Shown here: piece after piece, positions 8,142 to 16,635 of the stretch
How the letters are laid out: the number at the start of each line of letters is the position of its first letter
How positions within the stretch are numbered: the stretch's first letter is position 1
From: a virus
DNA length: 64,000 nt
IMG/VR virus record: IMGVR_UViG_3300020579_000012
Location: 1 to 64,000 of that record
Strand: one strand, 5' to 3'
Notes under the pieces: generated by a model
The model's database searches: none
What the model saw: only the letters and a program-made list of their open reading frames with translations
What the model was told of the DNA's origin: nothing
Made by a program: the position numbers and the translations under genes

Positions 8142-8789
8142 CTACCAAGGAGGGGAGCCCCACCGGAACTCCATCCCCATAAGCATCACCTTCACGACGG
8201 ACGGGCCCTTCAGGTTGACGAGTGGCATTTCCGCTTCGACGCGGAAGGACTCAGTCGAGTCCAGCTCGAGCGGCTCGCCTTTGTCGGAAACTACGCCCCT
8301 GGCATAGTGCGTCCAGATACCCTCCAGGTTGAACCTCTTCAGGCAGTCCCCGACCTGTTCGTTGAAGACGTTCCACTTGTTGACCTCGGTCTCGATCTTG
8401 TAAGCCTCGTCGATCGCGTGCATCGCCAGTCCATCGGTAACGTACAGCACCGGAGAGAAGACCGACAGGGGACTCTCCTGCATTGTTACGTTGCCTCCGA
8501 AGATGAGCCGTAGCTTCAGATTTTTCAGGATCGTGAGAACATCGCTCTTGTCGTAGACCTGCTCGAGGGAGACGCCCCAGTAGTAGATCCGGAACGCCCT
8601 GGGAGTCCCGAGCATCCCGGAGCAGGTCATGTTCGTGTGAACTCCACGCTCCTTCCACTCCCCATCGGGAAAGTGAAGGTTATCGAACAGGTTGACGCTC
8701 CCGTCTCCAAGCCCGTGCGACTTCAGTCGAAGCGTGTCGAAGAGGACGTCTTTGTACCACTTCGCGTTGGGATGATAGTCTCTAGGCAT
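8142..8789 (-). CDS. hypothetical beta-rich protein
   Basis: ORF track, 215 aa, with alternating hydrophobic beta-like segments (AFRIYYWGVSL, LKLRLIFGG, VVKVMLMGMEF). Confidence 0.6.
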   Translation of the reverse strand: MPRDYHPNAKWYKDVLFDTLRLKSHGLGDGSVNLFDNLHFPDGEWKERGVHTNMTCSGMLGTPRAFRIYYWGVSLEQVYDKSDVLTILKNLKLRLIFGGNVTMQESPLSVFSPVLYVTDGLAMHAIDEAYKIETEVNKWNVFNEQVGDCLKRFNLEGIWTHYARGVVSDKGEPLELDSTESFRVEAEMPLVNLKGPSVVKVMLMGMEFRWGSPPW

Positions 8790-8807
8790 TCTTTACCTCT
8801 TCTGTGC

Positions 8808-9173
8808 CTACATCACTCTAGGCGGTTGAAGCATCTGCGTGTGGGCGAATCCGGGATATCTCCCGATTCGGGTCAATGATCTAGCCAGCTCAAACGCCTT
8901 TCTCGCTCTCTCGATCGCCGCCAATACTTCATCGCCAGTCGAGCAGATAACGAGCCTTGTCTCTGGAATGTGGGATCCGTCCAGTTCGCTCGCTACCTCT
9001 TCTTCGATCCTTCGCTTCAGATCGTCAGAAAGGTCTCCGGTCTCGACCTTCTTAAATCTTCCCTGACCAGGAGCTTGACGACGAAAGTCCTGCTTTACGG
9101 GCTCGGTGAATCTGACGGCGAATACACCCGGCTTGTCGGTCGCCAGAATGGTTACGAACTCCAGATCTCTCAT
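8808..9173 (-). CDS. hypothetical protein
   Basis: ATG at 9173 follows GGAGGATAAA (MRDLEFVTIL...). Confidence 0.55.
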   Translation of the reverse strand: MRDLEFVTILATDKPGVFAVRFTEPVKQDFRRQAPGQGRFKKVETGDLSDDLKRRIEEEVASELDGSHIPETRLVICSTGDEVLAAIERARKAFELARSLTRIGRYPGFAHTQMLQPPRVM

Positions 9174-9191
9174 TTTATCCTCCATTGGCAC

Positions 9192-9359
9192 TCAATCTGC
9201 CTTTTGTGCATGACTACCGTTGGATCTGTGATTGCCGAATACCATCTCGTGCGCCCAGTCGATGAAGAAACCGCCCGCTCTGTACCAACGGCGCTTCGCG
9301 TAGTCCAGCCAAGCGCGGTCGATAGCGTCGACCCATTCTTGCCGACCCTCTGAAGTCAT
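9192..9359 (-). CDS. small hypothetical protein (55 aa)
   Basis: Own translation: MTSEGRQEWVDAIDRAWLDYAKRRWYRAGGFFIDWAHEMVFGN... It fills the gap between neighbouring genes. Confidence 0.35.
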   Translation of the reverse strand: MTSEGRQEWVDAIDRAWLDYAKRRWYRAGGFFIDWAHEMVFGNHRSNGSHAQKAD

Positions 9360-9553
9360 GAATCACGACTCCTTCTTGGCATCAGAGCAATAAATACGGA
9401 TGGAAGGCCCATCAGAACTCCAAGTGCAAGAGCGTCGGGATTGTCCCGTACAGCGCCCTGGAGCCAAGTAAATAGAATCAAGCCGATCCCGATCCGCGCC
9501 AGAAGCGCGACGAGACAGCTTAGACCGAGCGGCTCTTCCGTATTCTCTTTCAC
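9356..9553 (-). CDS. small two-TM membrane protein
   Basis: ORF track; LSCLVALLARIGIGLILFTW and ALALGVLMGLPSVFIALM. Confidence 0.55.
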   Translation of the reverse strand: MKENTEEPLGLSCLVALLARIGIGLILFTWLQGAVRDNPDALALGVLMGLPSVFIALMPRRSRDS

Positions 9554-9565
9554 GTTATAGCTATT

Positions 9566-9658
9566 TCAGCAATCGCAGCAGTAGCAGCAGCCTTCGCACC
9601 GCTCACAATGCTCCTCGGCCATCGCCCCGCACTCAGGACAAAGGAATCGAATAATCAT
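9566..9658 (-). CDS. 30-aa Cys-rich mini-protein
   Basis: Own translation: MIIRFLCPECGAMAEEHCERCEGCCYCCDC (10 Cys). Confidence 0.3.
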   Translation of the reverse strand: MIIRFLCPECGAMAEEHCERCEGCCYCCDC

Positions 9659-9675
9659 TGTGTTCTACCATGCAC

Positions 9676-9858
9676 TCAATTCGGCTTCTGTGCCAACCCG
9701 TGTTTAGCGAGTAAGTGATCCTTAATGACCATAACGTCCAGAAAATTCAACTCCTCACCGAGGAGGCCACGAGCCTCCATCCTTACTAAAATCGCACCGC
9801 AGACGGCACATCTGTAGCAGAACACACCGTCAACGAGGTCTTTATTAATGGCTTCCAT
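9676..9858 (-). CDS. small zinc-ribbon protein
   Basis: ATG at 9858 (MEAINKDLVDGVFCYRCAVCG...). Confidence 0.45.
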   Translation of the reverse strand: MEAINKDLVDGVFCYRCAVCGAILVRMEARGLLGEELNFLDVMVIKDHLLAKHGLAQKPN

Positions 9859-9890
9859 TTCTACAGTGGCACTCAATAGGTCTAGTGTGC

Positions 9891-10064
9891 CTATCGCTTT
9901 CCGACCTTACTCTTCATGATTGAACCGAGAAGTTTCAGAGTTTCTTCAATTGTTGTTCGAACGGCTTCCTTCGACACGACGCGATCCTCATCGGTATCGT
10001 CGCACGTCCTGCTCTCAGTCCAGCTAACGATGAATCCACCATCTGCTGGTGAGACTCGAATCAT
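9891..10064 (-). CDS. small hypothetical protein
   Basis: ATG at 10064 (MIRVSPADGGFIVSW...). Confidence 0.4.
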   Translation of the reverse strand: MIRVSPADGGFIVSWTESRTCDDTDEDRVVSKEAVRTTIEETLKLLGSIMKSKVGKR

Positions 10065-10123
10065 GTTTGCAATGCGCAATGGATTTCTCCTAATGAAAAA
10101 AGTTCGCCTTCTCAAAATCACAG

Positions 10124-10579
10124 CTATCTCAACCACTGTCGAATTCCTAGATCTCGTTCCCACTCTACGGTCCACCTACCAAGCCTATCTGCCTCCGTTA
10201 CAAGCAACTTCACGACTCGCTCAAGTTCAACCGCCATTGCATCGGCAGCTACCTGGGCAACTTTCGCACCCTTACCGTCACCACGCTTCTTACATCTGTT
10301 CGCGTCGTACTGAGCATTATTCCACTCGTTTTCAAGAGACAGGAATAGACGCTCCAGAGATTCAAGGGAAACTTTCGGAGGGTTACTTAGACTTTTGGAG
10401 AGCCCCCTTCTAATCTCTGCGTATGTCCAAACGAGAGCCTTTGCGATGGCTGCGTATGATTTTCTGGTGGCGTCGGCTATTTCAGGATACCGCGCAGACA
10501 AAAGCAGTCGATCTGCTGCATTGGAGAGCATTCTTGAGTAATGCCGGACATCGGAGTACAGGGATTTAGAGGTTCTCAT
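10124..10579 (-). CDS. hypothetical helical protein
   Basis: ORF track, 151 aa. Confidence 0.6.
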   Translation of the reverse strand: MRTSKSLYSDVRHYSRMLSNAADRLLLSARYPEIADATRKSYAAIAKALVWTYAEIRRGLSKSLSNPPKVSLESLERLFLSLENEWNNAQYDANRCKKRGDGKGAKVAQVAADAMAVELERVVKLLVTEADRLGRWTVEWERDLGIRQWLR

Positions 10580-10768
10580 AAAATTCTCAGAATCCTTCGA
10601 GCTGCGGCGAGTCCCATTGACGTGCTGAACTGTCTAAGGTGCAGTACGAGAGATAGGACGTCGCCGCAGTTCGTAAGACTCATATCGCACAGCACCTTAG
10701 ACAGCATTCAGTATAAGCACTGAACGTACCTCTGTCAAGCTGTTCTGCACTCAACAATGCTTCTGTGC

Positions 10769-11209
10769 TTACAGCCCGTCGTCCCAGACGCCACCCCACC
10801 GATCGCGACGATGACGTAGTTGAGCCTTGGTTATGCCTCTCCCTTTCTCGAGGAGCGTAACAGTTCCATGGGCCGGGATGCGAACGACCGCTGACGGCCA
10901 TCCGGCCGTGAAGATCTCAAGACCGTCATCCATCGTCCGAACACCAAGCGCCAGGAGATCGATCGTCGACCCAATCGGACTCGTCTGCCGGAAGCTGTCA
11001 CCGGCCTGGATTCTGTTTGGATGGTAATCCATCGGCAGGTAGCACTCGCAGCTATTGATGGCGCATGAGCACTTCGCACGATCCTCGTACTCCCTCTGCG
11101 CCTTGATCTGGTCCGACAGGCGTAGGGCGGTCTCCTTACGCTTCGGCTCCTCCTGGAGGACATCCCGAACGAACGTCTCAAGATCTTCGTCGGTGATGAA
11201 TCTGCTCAT
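10769..11209 (-). CDS. hypothetical protein
   Basis: ORF track, 146 aa. Confidence 0.6.
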   Translation of the reverse strand: MSRFITDEDLETFVRDVLQEEPKRKETALRLSDQIKAQREYEDRAKCSCAINSCECYLPMDYHPNRIQAGDSFRQTSPIGSTIDLLALGVRTMDDGLEIFTAGWPSAVVRIPAHGTVTLLEKGRGITKAQLRHRRDRWGGVWDDGL

Positions 11210-11222
11210 ATCCCCTCCCTAG

Positions 11223-11447
11223 CTACTTCCGGATCAGCAGGTAGACGTCCCACTCGGCGCCAGCGCCGCCCTGTTCGCCGCCACAGCACATGGCGTCGGC
11301 CGCGATCCCGATGATCTCGCCACCGATCTTTCCGGCCTGGATCAGCGCGTTCGCCTTCGCCTCCTCGGCGCTCGCATGCGAGGTGCCGACCGCGACATCG
11401 TAGGTCCAGCGAGGCCACCAGAGCAGTTTCCTGAGCCACCAGAACAT
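11223..11447 (-). CDS. hypothetical protein, Trp-rich N-terminus
   Basis: ORF track, 74 aa; AGGAGG upstream of the ATG. Confidence 0.5.
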   Translation of the reverse strand: MFWWLRKLLWWPRWTYDVAVGTSHASAEEAKANALIQAGKIGGEIIGIAADAMCCGGEQGGAGAEWDVYLLIRK

Positions 11448-11459
11448 AGAGCCTCCTAT

Positions 11460-11864
11460 TTATAAATTACAGCAAAGATTCTTGCAGTCCGGCGGAGAGA
11501 ATTCTCCGGTCGGCTTTCCGCGCGAAACCTCGACGTCGGTCCAACGATGGAAAACTCGACATTCCGTGATGAGCCAGTGCTTGTGCTTATCGAGACCAAT
11601 CCTCTTCCCGCACTCTAAGCAGACCGTCGATCCCGGAACACCCTGCTTGAAATAATGCCGTTCGCCTTTCTCAAGATGCTTTCTACATGGGTGACACTGA
11701 TTCATCGTCTGTGGAACGTGCTCGGCAATGCGACCGGCTGCCTCCTCGCACCATGGGCATAGAAATGTTTCGATAGGACTCCAGGTGTGGTGTTTCCCGA
11801 CGCACTCCACCATCGCGTAGGTGCCGTTCGTCTCGACGTAAAAGTCCCCGAGCTTGAATCTCAT
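11460..11864 (-). CDS. Cys/His-rich zinc-binding protein
   Basis: ORF track; CPWC, CHPC and CLECG motifs. Confidence 0.6.
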   Translation of the reverse strand: MRFKLGDFYVETNGTYAMVECVGKHHTWSPIETFLCPWCEEAAGRIAEHVPQTMNQCHPCRKHLEKGERHYFKQGVPGSTVCLECGKRIGLDKHKHWLITECRVFHRWTDVEVSRGKPTGEFSPPDCKNLCCNL

Positions 11865-12208
11865 GAAATCGGCTCTAGAAGGGTGATGACGCGGTATTTA
11901 CCACGCTTCAGGCTCTCATTCCCCATAACCCCACGAAGCTGTATCCAATTGCTACCGAGCCTGAAATCACAGTTGAAGCTATTTGGGCTGTCACTGTACT
12001 CTTCGATCGTCCCGACAAGTACATTCGAATACCGATCGAATACCTTCTCTGGAACTTGCTTCGCGAGATTGACAAGTGATTGGATCTCTGACTGGCACTG
12101 CGATACTCTAACCTTCGCGTCGTCGGCTGCCTGCCGCGTCGACTTCACGACGGCCTCGAGATCCTTGACGCCCTGGGCGATGATCGCCTCGATGCTCTTC
12201 TGAAACAC
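11861..12208 (-). CDS. hypothetical protein
   Basis: GTG at 12208 follows AAGGAGGGTTACC. The longer track ORF would run through the upstream regulatory motif. Confidence 0.5.
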   Translation of the reverse strand: MFQKSIEAIIAQGVKDLEAVVKSTRQAADDAKVRVSQCQSEIQSLVNLAKQVPEKVFDRYSNVLVGTIEEYSDSPNSFNCDFRLGSNWIQLRGVMGNESLKRGKYRVITLLEPIS

Positions 12209-12258
12209 GGTAACCCTCCTTCTTCTTCTCCAAGCACACTTCGAGCTTTCTGTGCAGG

Positions 12259-12486
12259 CTACTTCTTCTCCATCCAGGCCGACAGCTCTGTCACGCAATC
12301 CCCACAAAGGTCCTTCCGTTGGAAGGATACCTCGCCCTCCCGGACGAGCGGCGCCAGGATCGAAGCTCCACGCTTCACGGACGAGTCCAACGGATCTGGC
12401 TTCTCAAGGGCCTTGCTCTCGGCGAACTCCTTAAGACATCTGTCACAGTCGTACTTCGTGACCCGGCCGAGCTGCCGACTGCTCAT
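12259..12486 (-). CDS. small zinc-ribbon protein
   Basis: CDRC ... CGDC; 75 aa. Confidence 0.55.
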   Translation of the reverse strand: MSSRQLGRVTKYDCDRCLKEFAESKALEKPDPLDSSVKRGASILAPLVREGEVSFQRKDLCGDCVTELSAWMEKK

Positions 12487-12827
12487 CGGTTCCTCCTCTC
12501 GATTCCTCGCCGGACGCGCTTCGCCTCGCGCTCGGCGCCGCGCTCCGTGTAAGGGCCAGTAATCTTTGTCGCCTCGAGATGCTTATCGAGGACAATCACG
12601 GAGAAGTAGCGAGGCTCCTTAAAGCGACAGGAACCATGCTTCCGCTCATCGTGCGGACAGACCAGCGGAACGACGACGACCGCGGCCGACTTGATCGCGG
12701 CCCGCATAAGCGGATCCCGGCGTTTCGTCTTCTGGAAACAACTACGACATATCGGACCGAGCTTCTCGTTCTCAACGAGCAGAAGACACTCGCAGGAAAA
12801 GCAATAGGACTCCTCGACTTTTTTCAT
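12483..12827 (-). CDS. Cys-rich hypothetical protein
   Basis: ATG at 12827 (MKKVEESYCFSCEC...); ATGA overlap with the integrase stop. Confidence 0.5.
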   Translation of the reverse strand: MKKVEESYCFSCECLLLVENEKLGPICRSCFQKTKRRDPLMRAAIKSAAVVVVPLVCPHDERKHGSCRFKEPRYFSVIVLDKHLEATKITGPYTERGAEREAKRVRRGIERRNR

Positions 12828-13609
12828 CTCCGAAGCTTCTCGAAAGTGTTTACGACCTTCTCTTCCCTTGTATGAACGTAGATCTTCGCCAACTCGATCG
12901 AAGACCAACGAAGTTGAGACCTAACGTAGTTAAAGTCAGCTCCAGCAGCGATTAGCCTACTGGCACGGGTATGTCGAAGGATATGGATCAGACCAAATCG
13001 GTCTGGCTTTACGATATCTAAAATCCTTTCGAAGATGCTCTGAAGCGTCCTCTTTGGAATCTTAAAAAGTAGATCATTCGGACCAAACTGCTTCACCCAT
13101 GTACGCAACTCGTTCGTAAAATCGCTCTTATTGTCAAGATCGACTGGTAGAAGAGGGTGCCCTGACTTCTTAAGAGTTGGAATCCAAAGGCTCGAAAATG
13201 GACCTTTCTTCCAGTCGACGTATTTCGTACGCATTAGCAATGCTTCGCCACAGCGGCATCCAGTTTCAAGGATAAATCTGATCGTAATTCCAGCCGGATT
13301 CTCAATCTTCTTTGTTTCAGCAAGAACCTCCTTGTACTCCTCGTCGCTAAGATATTTAGTTGAGTCGATTACCGCGTTCGACGACGAAAGAGTTGAGCCC
13401 TTCGAATACTTCGATCTACAGCAACCTTCTAAGCATGTGATGAACTTGTCACGACGCCCAGCAGACTTCATTATTTTCTGTTTACAGACGTGATTTGGTG
13501 ATGTGCAGACCTTCGCTCGATCTCCGATATTGTACCGGGCCATGAATGATTTCCCACAAATGAAGCAGGTCGAAGGAATCCGGTACTCTGACTTTTCCTT
13601 TTTTTTCAT
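12824..13609 (-). CDS. tyrosine recombinase/integrase with N-terminal Cys-rich extension
   Basis: ETGCRCGEAL (Arg), HILRHTRAS (HxxR) and LAKIYVHT (Tyr) catalytic signature. Confidence 0.85.
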   Translation of the reverse strand: MKKKEKSEYRIPSTCFICGKSFMARYNIGDRAKVCTSPNHVCKQKIMKSAGRRDKFITCLEGCCRSKYSKGSTLSSSNAVIDSTKYLSDEEYKEVLAETKKIENPAGITIRFILETGCRCGEALLMRTKYVDWKKGPFSSLWIPTLKKSGHPLLPVDLDNKSDFTNELRTWVKQFGPNDLLFKIPKRTLQSIFERILDIVKPDRFGLIHILRHTRASRLIAAGADFNYVRSQLRWSSIELAKIYVHTREEKVVNTFEKLRR

Positions 13610-14259
13610 TTTTTGTGCTCTCGAACGTAGAAGCCGTAATCCTGTCGCTTCCCGTCGATGTAGGCAAGCTTTGCACAGGCAAGATTGACACAGTAGTTAA
13701 AGGAGACTTGATCTCGCTTCGATCCTGACGAAATCTCATCCCACCAGAGCTCGTTGAAGCGTCGGACCGTATCGTTGTGCCTCCGGATTAGGATATTCGT
13801 CTCTCCTAAACCTGCCGCTGCTGGGTATCCGGCCTTTCTTAGTTTTGTCAAATGATTGACCATCACCAACGGATCTTCCTTCCCTGCGAGAACCGCCGCA
13901 TTGCCGCCGATATAAACGCAGTCGATTGTCTGGTGACGAAAGAGCGCAATGTCGTTGTCCGATGTGTACTTCTCAACGAGCGCGCGCAGATCTACGTCGA
14001 CAGCGTCGATCGCACCGTCTATCCAAACAACGAGTCGATAGTCTTGTACTGGACTGGCGTGGGACATGACCTTATATAGCCTCGCGTTGCGCGTCAAATC
14101 CTTGAGTACAGTCGGAAGGATAACCACCTTCGCCCGGCTCGGCACCCTCTTTGGGTAGGAATCCGTAAGAAAAAATACGTCGATATCTTCCCCGAATTCC
14201 GGCTCGACGTACGGATCATAATCTCCAAAAATCCCAGTGTACACGGCAATTTTTTCCAT
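13606..14259 (-). CDS. DUF616-type putative glycosyltransferase
   Basis: N-terminal AVYTGIFGDYDPYVEP signature recalled from DUF616. Confidence 0.6.
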   Translation of the reverse strand: MEKIAVYTGIFGDYDPYVEPEFGEDIDVFFLTDSYPKRVPSRAKVVILPTVLKDLTRNARLYKVMSHASPVQDYRLVVWIDGAIDAVDVDLRALVEKYTSDNDIALFRHQTIDCVYIGGNAAVLAGKEDPLVMVNHLTKLRKAGYPAAAGLGETNILIRRHNDTVRRFNELWWDEISSGSKRDQVSFNYCVNLACAKLAYIDGKRQDYGFYVREHKK

Positions 14260-14261
14260 GA

Positions 14262-14810
14262 TTATCGCGGCGGTAAAGGGTTGATCTTCGAAAGAGATTC
14301 GTACGACAGCAACTCACCGGCACGTCGACGCGCTTTCAAAAGCACGCCCGGCATATTTGGAACATCCTGATCGAGCGTCAGGATCTCCATGTCAACGAAG
14401 ATCTCACGGAAATGATCCAGCGTGAATCGCCAGTGGTCCTCCGGATACGGGTGATACGGGAACCCAGGCGAACGGGTTGTGACGATTAGGAGGCCACCAA
14501 CCTTCACGACGGCCTTCATCTGGTCTGTAGCCCTTTGCCAAGACTTGACGTGTTCAAGCATCTCCGTCGAGATGACAACGTCAAACTTTTCCATCCCAAA
14601 CTCCTGGACGAGCCAGTCGACGCTCACGACCCGGTCGACGCACGGACCCATCTGAAAGTCGATGCCCATGTACGAGGCTGGTTTCAACGGCTCAAGGACT
14701 TCTCGTGGAGTCCCGTTGACGTTGTAGCTGCCGACCTCCAGGACGCTCTTGCCGGAGATCTCGTCAGACTTGATCGAACGCTTCAAAAAGTCGATAACCG
14801 ACGGATGCAT
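14262..14810 (-). CDS. class I SAM-dependent methyltransferase
   Basis: Motif I VLEVGSYNVNG, VISTEMLEHV, GGLLIVTT. Confidence 0.8.
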   Translation of the reverse strand: MHPSVIDFLKRSIKSDEISGKSVLEVGSYNVNGTPREVLEPLKPASYMGIDFQMGPCVDRVVSVDWLVQEFGMEKFDVVISTEMLEHVKSWQRATDQMKAVVKVGGLLIVTTRSPGFPYHPYPEDHWRFTLDHFREIFVDMEILTLDQDVPNMPGVLLKARRRAGELLSYESLSKINPLPPR

Positions 14811-14871
14811 GTTCTTTCCCCTTCTTCAACTGGGATTATACCTTCAAACCCTAAATCTGCACACTATATTT

Positions 14872-15192
14872 CTACTGTGCAGCTCGAACTAAGACAAGAA
14901 GATCTCTCAGGATCACCGACTCCTCGAACTGCTGGCAGTCGATAAGTCTCTGACGGTACTCTTCCGCTTTCTTAACTAAAGCGCCGACCTTGACTTCTGC
15001 AACACGTTTATCGGGCTTCTTATTCTTTGCGCATGTCTCGCAGAAGATGTAGACCCGTCCAATTGCCCGAAGATCGTTAAGGAGTTCGACTTCGCACCCC
15101 TCGCAGCAGAAGATATTTCGTTCACCGCAGTTTCCACACCTTGAACTTGCAGTTCCTTTTTTGTGGCAGGAAGCCATGACGCATTCAAGCAT
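14872..15192 (-). CDS. Cys-rich zinc-finger protein
   Basis: CGNCG, CCEGC and CETC motifs. Confidence 0.6.
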   Translation of the reverse strand: MLECVMASCHKKGTASSRCGNCGERNIFCCEGCEVELLNDLRAIGRVYIFCETCAKNKKPDKRVAEVKVGALVKKAEEYRQRLIDCQQFEESVILRDLLVLVRAAQ

Positions 15193-15198
15193 CGTAAA

Positions 15199-15636
15199 TC
15201 ACCTGCAAGCGGCTACTACAGTATCGTGAAGTTCGACTAACCCGAGCATCTGCTGGTAACTATGAACCCACTCAACCATCCGACGCATCAGGCCGAAGTC
15301 CTCGCCCTTGGCGTACAAGCCAATAATCTTAACACCACGCGCCCAAGCCATCCCGAGCTCTGCCGAGGCATCCTTACCGGACGGACCGATGTACAGCACG
15401 CAGTCTGAATTCATAGCGCCGTTCGTGTCGTAGTCGAAAGAGGACTTCCCTCGCTCCGACCAGACCCAATCATCAAACGGCATCGGCTTCCCGTCCTTCG
15501 TCGCTTCGTGCCCTTTCTGCTCGCCGTGATTGTTCTCGACGAACGACAATACCTCATGCCCTCGATCGCGAAGCATGGACGTAAGCATCTCGACGGCATG
15601 CTGGTGCTTCCAGGATGCTGCGATGTAGATCTTCAT
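15199..15636 (-). CDS. nucleoside 2-deoxyribosyltransferase-like protein
   Basis: MKIYIAASW start and ...GKDASAELGMAWARGVKIIGLY resemble the NDT/Rcl family pattern. Confidence 0.55.
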   Translation of the reverse strand: MKIYIAASWKHQHAVEMLTSMLRDRGHEVLSFVENNHGEQKGHEATKDGKPMPFDDWVWSERGKSSFDYDTNGAMNSDCVLYIGPSGKDASAELGMAWARGVKIIGLYAKGEDFGLMRRMVEWVHSYQQMLGLVELHDTVVAACR

Positions 15637-15775
15637 TTATCCTCCTTCTTACTAATGCACAGATCCTACCTTCGGTGCCGACGGCTTCTAGAAGCACATA
15701 GGATCGTCCAAACGAGAACTCCAATAGCAAACCCGAGCGCTTCTAGAAGGAATATCGGCAGTTCGATCGTCACGG

Positions 15776-15970
15776 TCAGTCTTCCTTCTTGCCGAAAAGC
15801 GCCTTGATCGCCTTGACAGCAATCCCGGCGACGTTTCCCTGATTCTTGTCTGCTCCGTGGTCAGCCGCCTTCTGGATGAGCTCCATGAGGTCGGCCTTCA
15901 TTTTTTCAGGCGCCGAGCCTCCGTACTTCGTAACGAAGGCGTCGATATGCGTGAACAGCTCCTTAAGCAT
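15776..15970 (-). CDS. small hypothetical protein
   Basis: ORF track, 64 aa. Confidence 0.5.
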   Translation of the reverse strand: MLKELFTHIDAFVTKYGGSAPEKMKADLMELIQKAADHGADKNQGNVAGIAVKAIKALFGKKED

Positions 15971-16178
15971 CTTTTCCCCTTTCAGTTGGTATACGGTTCG
16001 CCTTTGAAACGGAGCGACAGGTAAGGACTACTGGAATAAATAAGATCAGTCCGACCGACGCCCCTAGCCACCCCCCTGGCCTCTGATCGGACGCCCAGCA
16101 AAAAGCGAACAGAGCGACTGCTGTTATCCACCCGGGGTGGTTCTTTGCTCCATCCAACCATTCTCTCACTGATGTCAT
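15963..16178 (-). CDS. small two-TM membrane protein
   Basis: ORF track; WITAVALFAFCWA and LGASVGLILFIPVVL. Confidence 0.55.
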   Translation of the reverse strand: MTSVREWLDGAKNHPGWITAVALFAFCWASDQRPGGWLGASVGLILFIPVVLTCRSVSKANRIPTERGKDA

Positions 16179-16417
16179 TCCTTTCGCTCTCCACTAGAAG
16201 CATCTCCGTTGATCGTACCCCCAAACTTCAAGCGAATCGGAGGACCACCATCGAAAAGATAGACCCCATCTTCGGGAACAACGAAAACTTTACATTTTTG
16301 ATGACACGGACATTCGCACAAAACAAACCCGTCGGGAGCTCCATCTGGAGCATTTTTAGGACTGACAGCCCATCCGTCACAACTTTCATGAAATCCGCAC
16401 TAGCACTTAAAGGTCAT
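16175..16417 (-). pseudogene. 81-codon reading frame interrupted by an in-frame TAG at codon 6 (16400-16402)
   Basis: ATGA-coupled at both ends. MTFKC*CGFHESCDGWAVSPKNAPDGAPDGFVLCECPCHQKCKVFVVPEDGVYLFDGGPPIRLKFGG... Confidence 0.3.
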
Positions 16418-16635
16418 GGCTTTATATATCCGCTGGAAGTATTTGCGCTTTTCGATGCCAGAATAAGCATCAGGTCGCGGTCATAGCTGAGAACCTGCTC
16501 GGCCAAGTCCTGGAGTAGGATCAACTCCAGGATCTCGGCATCCGTCATTGGGTCGTTCGTCTCCCACTTCTTGAGGATGAGTTCCTGGCGACGGTCGTTC
16601 GCCGCGTCCCACCATTTCAACTTCACCGTTGTCAT
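16414..16635 (-). CDS. hypothetical protein
   Basis: ORF track, 73 aa. Confidence 0.55.
   Translation of the reverse strand: MTTVKLKWWDAANDRRQELILKKWETNDPMTDAEILELILLQDLAEQVLSYDRDLMLILASKSANTSSGYIKP

Noticed and set aside
8970-9353. 127-aa plus-strand ORF
   Set aside because: It is antisense to two well-supported minus-strand ORFs (8808-9173 and 9192-9359) and has no RBS.
8117-9696. TTGGCAC in the recurrent motif read as a sigma54 -24 element
   Set aside because: The required GC at -12 (TGGCAC-N5-TTGC) is absent. The conserved second box, TTGAGTGC, lies at the wrong spacing.
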